Shown here piece by piece: positions 36,001-47,713 of a DNA stretch of 64,000 nt. Below the pieces are notes generated by a model. That model saw only the letters and a list, made by a program, of their open reading frames with translations. It did no database searches and was not told the DNA's origin. Source of the DNA: Sporopachydermia quercuum (lineage: Eukaryota); assembly GCA_001599295.1 (NCBI GenBank), contig BCGN01000001.1, positions 558,001 through 622,000 on the forward strand, written 5' to 3'. Numbering within the stretch: the stretch's first letter is position 1; every line of letters starts with the position of its first letter. Made by a program: the position numbers and the translations under genes.

Positions 36001-38377
36001 AGAAGCCTTAGCGCTTCATCATCCCGATTTAACCTATGATTTCTTGTCTGCAGCAGTAGTGTCTTATGAGACATGCCACCTACAAAAATCGCGAGTAGTT
36101 GCTGCTTGTATGGCCCCATGGATGAAGAATATCTTTGTCTATATACTTCAAGACCCAGAATTAGGTCCAGACAAAGCTGCAGAGCTTATCCGACGAATGG
36201 TTAAAATGTCAGTACTTCGGCCAGAAGGTCTATCCTCCGTGGTTTTTTTTTTATGGTCTAGACTCTGTTTAGAACCCGGTTTAACTGACATGGTGGTCCG
36301 GGAAGTTGTGGGTGTAGCAGTTGAAAGAGAGGCTGTAGAAGAGCCTTCCGACAGTCTGGTCTCCATATTGTCCTGCACTCCTACTGCCGAAGTTTGCGGA
36401 CAACTCGTTTCGCGGTTGAAGGCAGTGACCAGAATGCCCTTACCAGACGGAGAGAATGCAACAGTAGCTCATATCTCATGGATCGAAGTAACAGTATTAA
36501 CTAAAACATGTGTTGCTGTATTTTTCGATAACGGGGTTCTTGCTGAATTGTTTCTTGGAGATATTTTCTTTGTTGTTTCAATTCTTCTGGACATTGGACC
36601 ATTGGAATTACGTCAGGCTTTGCTACAGCTTTTGGTGAACGTTTGCCATGCATTTCTTAGTAAAGACACTCTTTCCAATAGCGCCAAATCGAAAATCAAC
36701 GATGTTTTAACTGATTTATCTGGACAAAGGACGCGACTATTGTTTGGAGTGAATCAAACAGCAATTGATTATCGGAAGGAAGTGTACAACAAAGTCTCTG
36801 CCTATGAGCAATTCTGCGAGACTCTTTTGACGTTTGCGGGCCTCGTTGGTGGTCGTGCAGAAGCTGCTGGTTGGAGATCTCGCTGGGCCAGTGGGATTAT
36901 CTCATTGGCTTTCTCCAGGGACACTATTGTAAGAGCCAGAGCATTTCTAGTACTAGGATTCATTACGAAAGCCGGTGTTTCGGATTTACTGGTAGCTGCG
37001 GTACTCAAAGTCTTTATTGGAACCCTACAAACTAGGCATTCTATTGCCGGAGAGCTTGAGATCTGCATTGTCCATTGTTTAAGAAGATTTGTCATGGGAT
37101 TAGCACCGACATCAAGATATTTTGGTAGATTATTATGGCTTGGAATGGGATTAGCACAAGGAGATAACGTTGGTATGTTCAATGTAGCAGTTGAGCTTGT
37201 GGGAACAGTTCTAGAAACAATGGCAGGGTATGGAATCAATATCGATGAGGTTTTAATAACAGAACATGCAAGTTCAGGATTTGAAGTTATTGAAGACTAC
37301 TGCGGGGTCAAAATGGAACCCCAGTATCTGGACAATTTTATATGTTTGATGTTGATGTCTGGATTGCATAGAAGTAGCACTAGACACAGTACTATTAGGA
37401 CGTTGAGGACATTGTTAGAAGTTCGCAGCAGAATTGGCGATGAAAATGGCATTGGCAATGGTAGTCGTAACGGTAATATTGATNGTGATAATAAGAGTAC
37501 TAGTTATAGTAATAGTAAAAGTGCTATTTATGATGATAGCATTTTCGATGTCAATGGAGAGAAAGATGCTGCTGCTATTGTTGCTATTGCTGCTACTGTT
37601 ACTCATAATGATGGTACTGATATTGGTTCGAGTATTGCTGAAGCCATTACTAAGAGTACCAGTGCTGGTAATAATGCCATCAATCCTAGTGCTCGTAAGG
37701 TAACAGTGGATCAAGAACTAAGAGATCATAACATACCAAAGGATATTTTACCAAAAAGCAAGGAAACCTCAGACTTGAAATCATTATGCTATTTATTCAT
37801 GCTCTACCTTTACGTCAGAGACCCTGCAGAGCTTCAAGATATGATAGCAGCNGCTGGATGTAAGAATAAACGTCTTCATGCAGGATCCCGCACTTTAGGA
37901 GTACCAGAAGTGCTCTTGGACTATTTCATCAAACAACCAGAACGGGCCCTCTATACCTTGTTTTCAGCGTCATTGTTGTTTGTTAAAGATTCAGCGGACG
38001 AGACAATGCAATGTAGATATATTCTATCTCTACTATACATTGGAGAACATGCTCCTAACTATAAGTTCATGCTTTATTTTGGTATTAGACCTAGATTGAA
38101 AAGTATGTGCGGATCCTTACCAACGGGGAATTTACTATCATTAATTCATGAGGTAATTGCCCAATCACTAGCTGATGAGAGGTTTTACAATATGCCTAAG
38201 TACATTGAAGTGTTATCAAATGTCTTGATGTCAACAGGATTACAGGGTCAATTGGATTATTATAGTAAACTGCAGGATGAAATAGCAAATGATCCTCAAA
38301 GGAATGGAAAGCTTCTAGCGAAGTTGAATGTTATGGGAAGTCGATTGTTATCTGCAACTACAATATTGACTCTTTGA
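30005..38377 (+). CDS. IRA2: Neurofibromin/Ira-family Ras GTPase-activating protein, 2790 aa
   Basis: RasGAP core with arginine finger MLRRNSVATRML and signature FLRFFCPALVAP, then LAKILQNLAN. N-terminal SASNW, a Sec14-like segment (YDFVVDCTG) and a HEAT-like C-terminus. Confidence 0.92.
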   Translation: MKTLTQPGISLLPSIIGRLGRLLPIETGLTISEIENEPLYKSSRKCLVKLAPNAETQADIIYGFITLLESINRRDNYTAVKRKSGDSLASIQIILALLRECCERHWEALEPSEMRQEVRPSMVYHTVKPAPFSSQLIKKALDIIARLKSTSRIIEEANFIAGAEKNANQVSQHPYKDRILTIDEHIEALIRFFSASNWPETLDYVVTRLNTLKYYTQNDSDIVPSIDLMGYLFFDEASILMILKEIWNLYAQIKRSTHQLILLSFLGKSIRYWMMARPAEYSRCTTTGSAVSVEASGLFDYILSFTDNRDFVADAVGPFLALLLCLCPSSFAAYYSEGFHKKYGSYGKKVKFIGEIIQDLEEVVGSDTSLETRSVGSGGSIHSLHRASSPLSSTGGLTKTISNNADGTIHDPGMMFATGTSLGTTTSSSIGTGLGPNNSGGFELNPVLKKSTRHVICIQQIFTTFAIAASSINEGDPESPLIYAVLQFYPLVKNFVFSQKFDMNELSSHLKSQMVVAYLLLPPSHIHIDLDNAVMRSDSDNYRLLFTIAEVYKGIMLVPCARSQFAVRLSENSEYLKQNLQRSAEILTTKSDTAISLLSKPGFDIAIRSIICNLLGTFTILPDIFFDADDLKTPQAAEAAIAPVINCLGDHDSSVIAAASQFLFSFIGIRRIETFAPDDVHLDQGHVIFTTYVASGYVLATLARKVLSYDLLSPKVKDFTRLILQFLKARAFIAKRFNLREQTDGDMDKVEPPESRGDLYTALESCLLVLLCSPDLEVLHDTRECIAFVVEEGLAIEIITPTMIPQNSFLRNLAPYLEIVSPGYVVTGLVAVQKRLRNIFMVMKTPTEGILAAWRTVFSRWSRHEGGKLNTQLASKESRSYAGFLASFCGCFLQADYEEDIRIRDTWPLIDELIESLVSKLSDSSLPVREGAKNVLASELSILAFPTVFRQLESLCYKREDLLAENCLLLDQIISLQKSMFEQCAKHQTAISIDLVAMAYQIAQLLNEFDSQTGVRLKIRFCSLCVLMETEKDAMKLRSSMKIRNRFVRLIADWFGDSLARVVVGDDEEMPDGPGTIKTASLNATSSSNEGTAVVPQATKRLSELDHMYVDLSVDAIKALALMLDGIVLDPTLGSADKELRRSKAVFFCSYFNLMLRVFRKISALDLEHGAFSVYKHKFATVSENIIKAATNLLRCNVDVGLPYALPLGFHEDRRIRSAFIHVFTNIVDQGTSSIAFQTQEERYRTLAEFIVKRPNICLALCEMCPAGEIDGLAVALLNVLEAREAGLPVITAAVKQEILRSLRSTEMLRRNSVATRMLSLYARRHGSAYLVSVLGPFFRNFLANPEDHVFELNPEKIPEDEKTENLERFRKCLEDLVECIISSESLIPESFRVICSSIKKVVETKFPDSSLIQVGSFIFLRFFCPALVAPESEGLLDEAPGKEIRRSLLQLAKILQNLANGSTFFSLKKPVYDGERDAVERSSVAIMGFLDRISKGDHDNRDKSRSTSTNDFTDTSIPRIDPKDSPKEPKETKESKDNDSMYSLERSNTAGNPWENCKEDVVYLHRFLYDHWDDLHRLGPAPSAIASGYLGSNNYLDNXQGTASVSDLAQLDSLLEMLGQPETILGPPPVPDPIPGDSGKSSRLFQFMTRMAAQDKQLTREPPDAYEAPTVAGYPAVVISVANLYFDKSYRAVFLYHVLQVLSKLWHSKYDFVVDCTGLTLTKQAPANLFGLLEALAPQQGMNNCQTIHFLNVSSDYFPILKEMFKQLEASLVPYLIRFSFWVCTDIESGGSELPIPVGSLSRSSRNILSDSRLVFPDCLIYDPIKGTFTPVQLRIGDRFVQILLRDAQELQLGSEKASVRLVDILSLADLSAGYFSRTSGQNNEFTLEFRELDRKFIFSSVRKTEILREFRRAKAQLADPAGIEETPSVQRIQDTLGYLLNIDLLGLDSDYAEIRSGAFGLLSALRKRFNLNLGRQVFASEAVYFPRGLSGFVISISEALALHHPDLTYDFLSAAVVSYETCHLQKSRVVAACMAPWMKNIFVYILQDPELGPDKAAELIRRMVKMSVLRPEGLSSVVFFLWSRLCLEPGLTDMVVREVVGVAVEREAVEEPSDSLVSILSCTPTAEVCGQLVSRLKAVTRMPLPDGENATVAHISWIEVTVLTKTCVAVFFDNGVLAELFLGDIFFVVSILLDIGPLELRQALLQLLVNVCHAFLSKDTLSNSAKSKINDVLTDLSGQRTRLLFGVNQTAIDYRKEVYNKVSAYEQFCETLLTFAGLVGGRAEAAGWRSRWASGIISLAFSRDTIVRARAFLVLGFITKAGVSDLLVAAVLKVFIGTLQTRHSIAGELEICIVHCLRRFVMGLAPTSRYFGRLLWLGMGLAQGDNVGMFNVAVELVGTVLETMAGYGINIDEVLITEHASSGFEVIEDYCGVKMEPQYLDNFICLMLMSGLHRSSTRHSTIRTLRTLLEVRSRIGDENGIGNGSRNGNIDXDNKSTSYSNSKSAIYDDSIFDVNGEKDAAAIVAIAATVTHNDGTDIGSSIAEAITKSTSAGNNAINPSARKVTVDQELRDHNIPKDILPKSKETSDLKSLCYLFMLYLYVRDPAELQDMIAXAGCKNKRLHAGSRTLGVPEVLLDYFIKQPERALYTLFSASLLFVKDSADETMQCRYILSLLYIGEHAPNYKFMLYFGIRPRLKSMCGSLPTGNLLSLIHEVIAQSLADERFYNMPKYIEVLSNVLMSTGLQGQLDYYSKLQDEIANDPQRNGKLLAKLNVMGSRLLSATTILTL

Positions 38378-39760
38378 TGATTGTCGTTAGAGATTACGAT
38401 TGGAATAAGATAGAATAAATAATGTAGTTGCTAGAGAAGTATATATGATAATAGGGAGAAGAATAACTTAATTAATTTACATAACTTAACGATATTAATA
38501 AGAATATATATTTACGCTTATGCTATCTATGTTGCATAAATGAAGATGTATTAATCAGATGAAGTATTTCCAATGAAATATTTATTCTGGCTACAGTACA
38601 TGATATGATATGANATGTGATAGAAAACAGACTTCCTAGGGAACATTGGTAGTTCAGCAGTATTTTCTACACCAGATTCATATTGGCTGTCTTTAAGTAG
38701 AAGTGGATAAAAAGGAGAGAAACTGCATTCTTCACTCTTTTGATCATTATCAATGGAGGCTTTGTTCAAGAAAGAATGATTATTCAAAAATAACGGATAT
38801 GATAGCAGAAGAAGAATAAAGTTAAATCATAAAGTTAGGGTTTGAATCTAAATAACACTGCGTATCTTCGACAACGAAGGAGGGTCAAGGAATAGTTTCT
38901 ACTAGTATGGCTCATTTCTTATAAATTGCAGGAAATAGATATAATATTTCTTTTTATAAACATTTTTTCGAGTATCTCCTAATATTGTTATATACTTCGT
39001 GTTGCGTCAATCAATTCCGTAGAGCAAAATCCATAGATTAAGTATGAGATCAGGAATTGTATTCATATTTGATAAAGGAATTATTGAACTAACATTTATA
39101 AGTGATATAACTAGCTCATACCGACCTAAAATTCTAAGATGTCAATTGTTGATTATTTCATAAATGGTATCACTGCCATTACGTTTAAGCTGTAGCTGAT
39201 AAATTTGATTAGATCTATTGTACACATATGAGTATGCATGCTTTAGTTATTATGTATGATTGATGTTGTAATGGAAATATGCAAAGTAGTGTATTACATA
39301 TTACACTTAGTATTCTAATGTCAGACTGAATTGCATTTGATTCCTATGGCAATCCTCTCCAACATTTTGATAGAATTTCTTAGGATATAACTCATAGTAG
39401 TATGTATTATATGACATAATGACACCCTGCCTAATCTGACAATAATGGTAATAGTTTATAGTCAGCTACCCGCTTTCTTGGTACCTCAGCAATATTTTCC
39501 TCTTCTGTTGGCCAACATCTATTTATCCATATTCATACTCAAAACCATATTATTTGTGCTGGAGCTCAGGTATAACGTGATCATAAAAAAGCATATGGTA
39601 CAAATGCCTATCTTTCTAGTATTATATGATCACTGATCAAATCATAGTACCTAAGAGCTTTCGTATAAAACAGGTCCGCATGATGCAGTATTGAAACTCG
39701 TGATCATAGAAATTGATTGAGAACAAAAAGCTGTAATACCACATGCCCTGATTTCCTTAT

Positions 39761-41101
39761 TCACCAAGTACTAGGATGAGTAAATCCTTTAGACCTATAA
39801 AACTGATCAATTTCCTGTTTATGCATGCGATAAATCTTCATTGTCATAGCTGCGTCCTCTATTGAAGAATGCTCCCCTTTTTGAATACTCTCACCAAATA
39901 ACTCTCTAGCTAACGTTTTCAGACCAGGAGTATGTCCTTTGCTATACTGTTTGAAAGGAGTGTATAAAGAAGTATCTCTAATCATGTGTTTAGGATGTGA
40001 TAACTTCAATGCTGTCAAATCATTACTGATAGCATGTCCAACAAGTATTCTGTCCTTTATGAGCTCAGCAGTCAAACTCTGTGCTTCGAAAAATGGTATA
40101 GCCTCTCTCATATGAGAAGGTCGAATTCCACTAACCCAAGTTCTCCAGTTCACTACTCTTTTCCCTGGTTGAACATACTTATCAAGTACCACGTGTCCAT
40201 ATAAATTTACTATAGATACTCTTGCCAGTGCTGATTGTTCAGATCCTCTGTGACTTACCCCTACAAACTCGCAGTCGATTGCTAAGTATCTTCCTATTTT
40301 ATCTTCTTTGGGATGATAATCCCCGGAGTTTCCTTTTAATGGGATATCTTGTTTCTTCATAGGTGAAGATTCAGCTGACGTAGACACCTGTCGTTTCTAG
40401 TAATGTTAATAAAGCGAAGAAAAAAATGTTAACAAAGTAATGACAATAATCAGATAGATCTATTGATAGCCAATAATACAACATACCCTTGAGACATCTA
40501 AGTCTGAACTTGTTATTAATAGTGGATTTGGCAATGGAGCTTTCATTGTTGCTAGCTCCGAATTTTCCAGTCTCCTGCTGAAGTTCTTCTCAGAAATTAA
40601 TTGACTCTTAGTTGCAGCTTTACATTTACTGTTACCAGCACCAACAGGTGNATGCTTGTTGTCTTCATCTGATCCACTAGGACCAGGAACAATGCTACCA
40701 TGATTGCTGTCTTCTGTAGCTTTTTTCTTCTTAAGTTTATGCTTCCGTTTATTTTGTCCTTTTATACTCGCTGAAGCGTTTGGATCAGATAGCCTTTTTG
40801 TTTTTGATAGTGCTTCTATAGACGATTCAGCTTCTGTTATGTGCAAATATCCAACCCGTAAAACTTCAGGTTTGTCGCTATCATCAGGTTTCATACAAGA
40901 CTGTCCATTCTGAATCTTGCTCTTTTTCTTCTGCGATTTATTTTTATTTACAGGGGCCCCATTTTTTGGCTTCCCAGATTTCACTGAACTGCTATTTCCG
41001 TTTACATTCTTATTCTCCTTTGACTGACTGTAATCGTCGTTCTCTGCCTTTTGGCTTGCTTGTATTCTTTTCCAGTTCTGCAATAGGTTGATCTCTGCCA
41101 T
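39761..41101 (-). CDS. REX4: RNA exonuclease Rex4, about 416 aa; exons 41101-40487, 40396-39761 (alternative in-frame exon 2 start at 40387)
   Basis: N-terminal LQNWKRIQ. The intron is GTATGT (40486)...TATTAAC-8nt-TAG. The DEDDh domain has YLAIDCEFVG, LARVSIVN, WRTWVSGI, LVGHAI and HSSIEDA. This joins two ORF-track entries. Confidence 0.92.
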
Positions 41102-42684
41102 CTCGACGTTTGGCGTCCTACTCGTAAATACACTGGAAACCTCACGAGTTTGATAGAACCACAACCTTTTCCTTTGTAGTATCAAGACATTACTTCTCTC
41201 ACAATCACATCGAATAGCTTTGTTGATAGGTAGGAGGATGATTCTCCTTTGTACAGTGTCTATCAATTTTTTTTCAAACATTATGGTGAACTGAACTTTG
41301 TTTCTCAAATAGTGAGAAAAGCTTTATGTACCTAAAATGAGACACAATCCGGGAGGGAGCACTGGAGATAATTCGTGCAAGAGGGAAAATGGTGATAGTG
41401 CGGTGCAATAAAAGCAAAGAAGGAAATGACGAAGCACAATGACCGATTAAACAAGTTTAAATAAAGAGGAGATAAGAAGATTTAATAAGGAGAGGGTGGG
41501 AAGGGTCTTTTTTGCAGTTTGAATGGTGCAAGTTTGTGGTGAATTTGCCGATGATAAAGGAAAGACCGTCGGTGCTTTCTGATTTTGGGTAGGATATTGT
41601 TGAAGTTGTTAGAGTTAGAACAGCAGGTGAGCGTTCTGCTAAATGATCGGTGATATTATTTTTCTTTATTGGCTTGTGTTGTTGGAAATGCGTAAATAAG
41701 TGAACGGCATTTGGCGATGTACGCTTCAAAAAATCCTTTGGAAAGCGTGATGCCCAAGTTTGAGGTGAAATAAAGACCGATAGAAGATCGATTGCTTCCT
41801 TCCATTGTTTATTACATTTACCTTATTCCTAATTTGAGTATGAGATCCAACTAATTCCAAAATATGCTTCTGCAAACGACGTTTACGTAGAGTAAATACT
41901 AGTTTATTGCTGAATGAAAGAACGGGCAGAGTAAGAAAGAAATAGCCTTTCTCAATAATGCTGAGAATAAAACGGAAATGATGTAGAAATTAAAGTTGTT
42001 ACTTTTAGCTTTAAGTTCAACTTTAATTTGAAAGCACATGAGATATTTGAAACTCTGTATGTATGTCCCATCCTCAGAAAGACCTAAAAGATGCTATAAA
42101 TAAAAGTCGGACAAAAATCGATAAACTAAACCTGGTACTATATATTAGCTCCAGAAAGTACTAAAATTTGTACTCCCAACTAAAATTAATTCTATCCTAT
42201 TATCCAAATTCTCTTAATAAGTAATTTACCTATCAGGTAGGTTGCTTTGTGTCGTATAGAGTTTAACTTTCTGGCGATTATGCATGAAACCTTAATCAAA
42301 AGCGATTTTATTAGTAACTTAAATCTACTGCGTTCTTTATGGCGTATTACCTTATAATTTGTTCAGCATTACATTATTACTTAGGAGCAACATATCTCTT
42401 TACGAAAGATAATTTGATCCTGAAATAGATCTAAAACGTTATTCCTATGACATAGTATACTATTTAGTATAGTTTACGATAACCTATTGTACTGTTGTTC
42501 TACAGCTCTTCCTTTCATACCCTCAATCTTGACTTCCGTTCATACTATGTGAATTCTGTGATTTTTCACCTAGTACTTCATTTTTACTTACTCCTGATAC
42601 TTCAATGAAATACTCATAAGCTAATGTCATTTTACATCTTTTACTCTTCATGCTCGACTTTCAATCCTTCGTTCTTCAACCCCT

Positions 42685-45600
42685 CTAGCTAATATTAGCT
42701 TTATACGCAGCAGCAATAATATTCAGCTTTTTAACAATCTCAGATGCCTCTTGAGCAGTAGGAGACTCCAAATCATACCGCTTGGGACCTCCAGNCTTCA
42801 TAATAACTATCTTGAAATGAGTCGGTGTTTTCCTTGATTGCTTACACTTATTGATCTGTCCCACATGGAAAGTTGTAGTCTTTGGCGATTCAAACCATGT
42901 TTTATCATCAGATGGCATAATATATACATATTCACCATCAATAGCTAAAACTCTTTCTTGACGGCCCACAAATGACATGGGCTGTCTTCTGTATACGAAA
43001 TAACGATAAAACTGATTAGGAATGGCCTGTTCCATAACTGCTCTTGACGGTTGAAAGCTTTCTGTATGAATGCCTCCCAGTCTTCTATTATTTCGATGGG
43101 TTCTATGAATATGGAAAGGATTTGATGTTGAAACTGTTCCTCCAAGGATATTTGTCATGCTTCTCTTATTTCTTGCATCTCCTTTCAGTTTCCATAAGTC
43201 TAAACCCGTATCATTAGCTTCTACTGTGTTCTGAATCGATTCTGTATAATTTTGCGTATTTCCAAGCTCCTGTTGTTGAATCGTGCGCTTAGATACTAGT
43301 TCAATAGCCAAACGATCTCCTTGAGCTATCGTAGAGATTTCAGAGTCTAGATCCAAAATTGCAACATGTCCCACTATCCTTAGAACATAATTATACACAT
43401 TGTAATTTCTATCCCGACATGCTTGTTCAAGTACTTCTCTTAAAGGTTTATTACCTTGGATGTAAATAGTAGTTGAATAATCATTAGATTGAGTTAAGGG
43501 ATACTCGTAAACTGCGATCTCCACAGGTTTTGACGTTGGCTGGCTATTCAATGGTGACGAAAGGTCCAATAAGTTATTCGTAGGAAGAGTAGCGTTGATA
43601 GGAAATATTTTATTCAGTTGTGCTGTTGCAGCAACGGTTGAACCAACAGTTGCACTACTCATATCTTCATTGTCAATACCAGCAGCAATACCATTGTTAT
43701 TATTATTTCCACGAGTAATTCTGTCATAGGTCTCACTCCTTCCACCACTACCTTCAACACCCTTATTACGATTTTCCCCTAGTTGGATAACAGGAATTCC
43801 AGGAGTCACTGCAGCATTCTCTTCAACTTGTTGTGGTGTTGCTCTTACTAACGTGAAATCCTTAAACCCATAACTAGTTATAGGCCGAAGCCTTTCTAAA
43901 GCCGGGAAATCATCGTCAGGTTCTCCTGTGTCTTCGTCTTCCACTATATGTAAATTCCATTGGTTGATGTCACACAGTTCTTCTGTTAATTTCGGCTCCC
44001 TATTCTCTTTACAATAAACATACAACGCGTAGCCAATAGTATCACATACTTTACAACCACGAGAAACAGTAATAGTCCAGTAGGGTTTATCATTAGAACT
44101 ATTGCTCTTGGGCATGAAGATCCTAAGAGTTTCACTGTTTGCTAATCCTGTACCATTGGCAAAGTTGTATCTTTCAAGTATTGAATGGATATTGTTTTCG
44201 GAAGAGCCTTTGAATAAAGCGGATAGCTGTGATTTGGTCAAAACCCGGTTGCCAGAGTTATTATTGTTATTACTACCAGAACCTGTGATAGAAACAGCTC
44301 CTTTGTCTAAACTTCCCAGCCTATCTCTGAATCTACCTGACTGAATAGAAGATAAAGAATACTTTCTTCTATCAATATTAGAGGTAGATTGCGCCCTATG
44401 TCTTTCTTCACAAGCTGAGTCTGAATCATCATCCTTTAGTTCCAGTACGGAGTTTTCTTCAGGAATGTTATTTACATTAGAAATAGAACGTAAGAAATGT
44501 GTGTTCAGTTGACTGAGAGAAGCATGTTTCTTCAAACTGATCGTTTCGCTATTAGATGATACAACAGAACTAGAGATAGGATTATTGTTATTTGTATCAT
44601 TGATACTGCTACCATTATTGGAAATACCATTAGCAATTTTACCATCTTCATACATTTGAGCAGGTAATCTCCTAAAAACCAACCCTTCAGGCTCTTCAGA
44701 GTACGCATCTGTTTCGGTGGCACTATCAAATGATCTAATAGTATTAGTGCTATGCCTTCTTTTCCTTCTAGTACCTATTCTACTATCTTTATCGAGGCCA
44801 GTATTACCTCCAGATTTCGAATTAGACCCTCTTCTGGATTTGGTATTATTATTACCAAAACCAGCTCCCGATATCCCACTTTCATATAAATCAACGGCTG
44901 AGGAGTCATTTGATATTATATGAAGGAGATCATCGCTTGTTTTACTAGCAGAGTCAGGTTTCTTACCATATTTGAATTTCAATGCAGCCTTTTTAAGCTC
45001 GGCTTCTACTAAACTGTCTTCATCATCACTGAAATTGGAATCAGAACCTGTTTCAAGGTCAACTTCGAAATCAGAGTCAATATAATCCACAGCTTCGCTA
45101 TCATACTGGTCTGCCATAGAATTATCTTCAAGATCGGTATCGAAATCAGTATCAAATTCTGAGTTACTATTGTTGCTATTGATATTTTTATTGTTACTGC
45201 TATTGTTAGTCTCATAGTTATTGCTATTGGTTGTACCGATTTTCTTATCATCGTCATCATCATCATCATCGTCGTCGTCGTCGTCATCTTCTCCATAGCT
45301 GTAATCATATTTATGATAAGAGCCAGTTTTAATAGTATTGATAGTGCTAGCACTGTTATTAGTATTAGTAGTACTATTACTATTGGTACTGCTACTATTA
45401 GCATTCGTACTATTGCCACTCTTACTATTATTGCTATTCTTAGTACGATCTAATATATTCAAGCCATTTAATATATTAGTACTATCAAACCTATTATTAT
45501 CGTTTCTCTCACCATATGGAACTTTTATTATATTATCAATAGTAGAATTAGCAGTCCTCAACAATCCTAAATCATCAGAATTAATATTGTTTCTAGTATT

Positions 45601-46857
45601 GTTGTTGCTTATTCTGTAACTATTAGTATCACTTGAAACCATACTATTAGAGTCAAGACTGTCATTAGAACTTTCAACATCACGACCAGATTCACGTTTT
45701 TGATGTTTATTTGCCATTGGAAGCTTCAAATGGTTGAAAAAACCAATAGCAGATTCTTTCTCTTTCTCTTTCTGCTGTGCATGATGAGGATGACCAGTTG
45801 AGTTCCCAGTAAGCCTTTCAGTATCACGAGATATCGTCGATACAGGACTAGCAGTAGATTCAGTACTGTTTGTAGTATTTGCATGGTTATTTGTTGAATG
45901 AATCGAATCACCACTGCTATTTGAACCAAAATGAAATACTCGTGCTAAGCCTTTCCCTGATGGTTTCAGCTTTTGAGATGACTTAGCTACAATAGTGGCA
46001 GATGAGCTGGTTTCATATGCAGGTGGTCTTTTCTTCAGTTGCTTTGTTCTATCAGCGTTTCTGTTATTGCTGTTGATGTTGTTGAGGTGATTAAAGACGC
46101 TATCAATATCCATGGCATTGTAATTGCAATTGTTATTGTTATTATTAGCTTTCATAGAAGTACTGAACATATCATCACTATCAGTATCAGTTGTAGTAGA
46201 TGTACTGATACTAAGTTCACCAGTATTCGATCTTGATATCCTTCTTACAGGTCTTTCAGAAGAATTGATGATGCTGTTGCTATTCTTGCTATTCTTCCTT
46301 TTACTTAAAACTAGTTGATTGTCGTTCTTGTTTTCAAACGTCGAATTATCAGCCTGAATGACATTTGTTGCTGTGATGTTACTACTACAAGATATATTGT
46401 CATCTTCTTCACCTTCAGAAATAGTGAAATTCACAGTTTGATCTCCGCTTTTTCTCTCTGTTTCAGAAATTGTTGTCATACTCTGTTTTTCTTTGATATT
46501 ACCAATGCTCCTTTTGGTGATTGGCTTACGTCTTTCTTGTCTATTCAAAACATCTTCGGACCTGAAAGCCAAAATCGGAGGAGAATCACATTTCTGCAAA
46601 GCCTCAGCATAGCTAACAGGTAGAATATTTATATTGGATGGAACAGCAATTCCATCGTCGTTGATAGTTGAATATTGCTCAATAACAGATAGACCAATGC
46701 CATCATTGCCTGATTGGAGGTACGAGCCTCTTAAATAGTTAACCAAAGTGCTGGGTAGAGTGTTAGTAAGAAATGAACAAAAGAAGGAAAACTAGGAAAA
46801 ACGGCCGAGTTTTGTGAATTGTGTTGATACTTACAGTTTATCTAAACCCAAAGACAT
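42685..46857 (-). CDS. AVO1: TORC2 subunit Avo1/Sin1, about 1362 aa; exons 46857-46835, 46750-42685
   Basis: Exon 1 is MSLGLDKL. The intron (46834-46751) is GTAAGT...TACTAAC-11nt-CAG. It has a CRIM domain (DTIGYALY...WNLHIVEDEDTGEPDDDFPALER) and a Sin1 PH domain (RRQPMSFVGRQERVLAIDGEYVYIMP...KRYDLE). Confidence 0.93.
45248..45290. repeat. (TCA/TCG)n trinucleotide tract encoding poly-Asp in Avo1
   Basis: tcatcgtcatcatcatcatcatcgtcgtcgtcgtcgtcatct translates as a run of Asp on the minus strand. An Asn/Ser/Thr low-complexity tract lies next to it. Confidence 0.85.
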
Positions 46858-47713
46858 ATTGAGATGGACTTGTTGCTATCTTTTGCACGTTGATAACAAT
46901 GGATTATGATTTGTGAGAAGTAGGCGATGACCTTAGAGTAAATTATAGAAGGTAAGACTCGCTTAAAATAACAGCGCTTTCTCGGACAGCTTCTTGTATA
47001 GTTCTTCTTTCTGTAATNAATATAGTAGCGCCATAATTATTAGCAGACTATTTTCAGAACTGGTTAATGAAAAATGAAAAATGATGAAAATATGTTTTGT
47101 TTGTAGTGGGAATCAGGCATTTGATTGAATAGAAGCAAAACTAAATTGAACTCACAATGCAAGCAAGGTAGTTTATTGCACACATTCGCTAGTAGCCATG
47201 ATATTTACCTAAATATCATAATCAACCACAACAAATAACAACGGAAATATATATTAGTTCTTCTTAACTATCGTTGAGAATTGCCAACATCAAGAGGAAA
47301 AATACTACTAATAATGATAGGTAAACATGGCGATGATAAGCCAAGATTATAATATGCACTAAGACGTACTTACCTGCGGATATATGCATATTTGATGCAA
47401 ATGTACAATAATGCATACAAATGCAAAAAGTATAACTTTAACCTATTAGCCTACCATACTTAAATGTACTTCCTGAATAATAAATAAAATATCACATAAT
47501 AATTTTTCCATTTATCCTTCTCCTTTTGAACAACACGCACTATTTAGTTTTTCAATTGTTTACTCATTAGCATTCAATTTGAAATATTTAGTTACTCCAA
47601 TTAATTTTTCATATTCGTTCTCTTTTTTTGTTGCTTCCTTAAATAAACTACAACTATTCTTGCAACAATCATTGTACGCACTGTTTAATTACAGCCGCAG
47701 AATTGCAACAACA

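Noticed and set aside
41102..41308. N-terminal extension of Rex4 from upstream in-frame starts
   Set aside because: Rex4 homologs begin near the NWK motif at ATG 41101, and the extension contains an RRPE-like A-tract, so it is more likely promoter DNA.
8858..46623. Many 60-160 aa antisense or off-frame ORFs within VPS72, WRS1, PKH, IRA and AVO1
   Set aside because: These are shadow ORFs produced by low-complexity coding sequence on the opposite strand or frame.
47366..47380. TACTTACCTG resembling the U1 snRNA 5' end
   Set aside because: No U1 stem-loop I motif or Sm site follows. It is better read as a minus-strand donor site.
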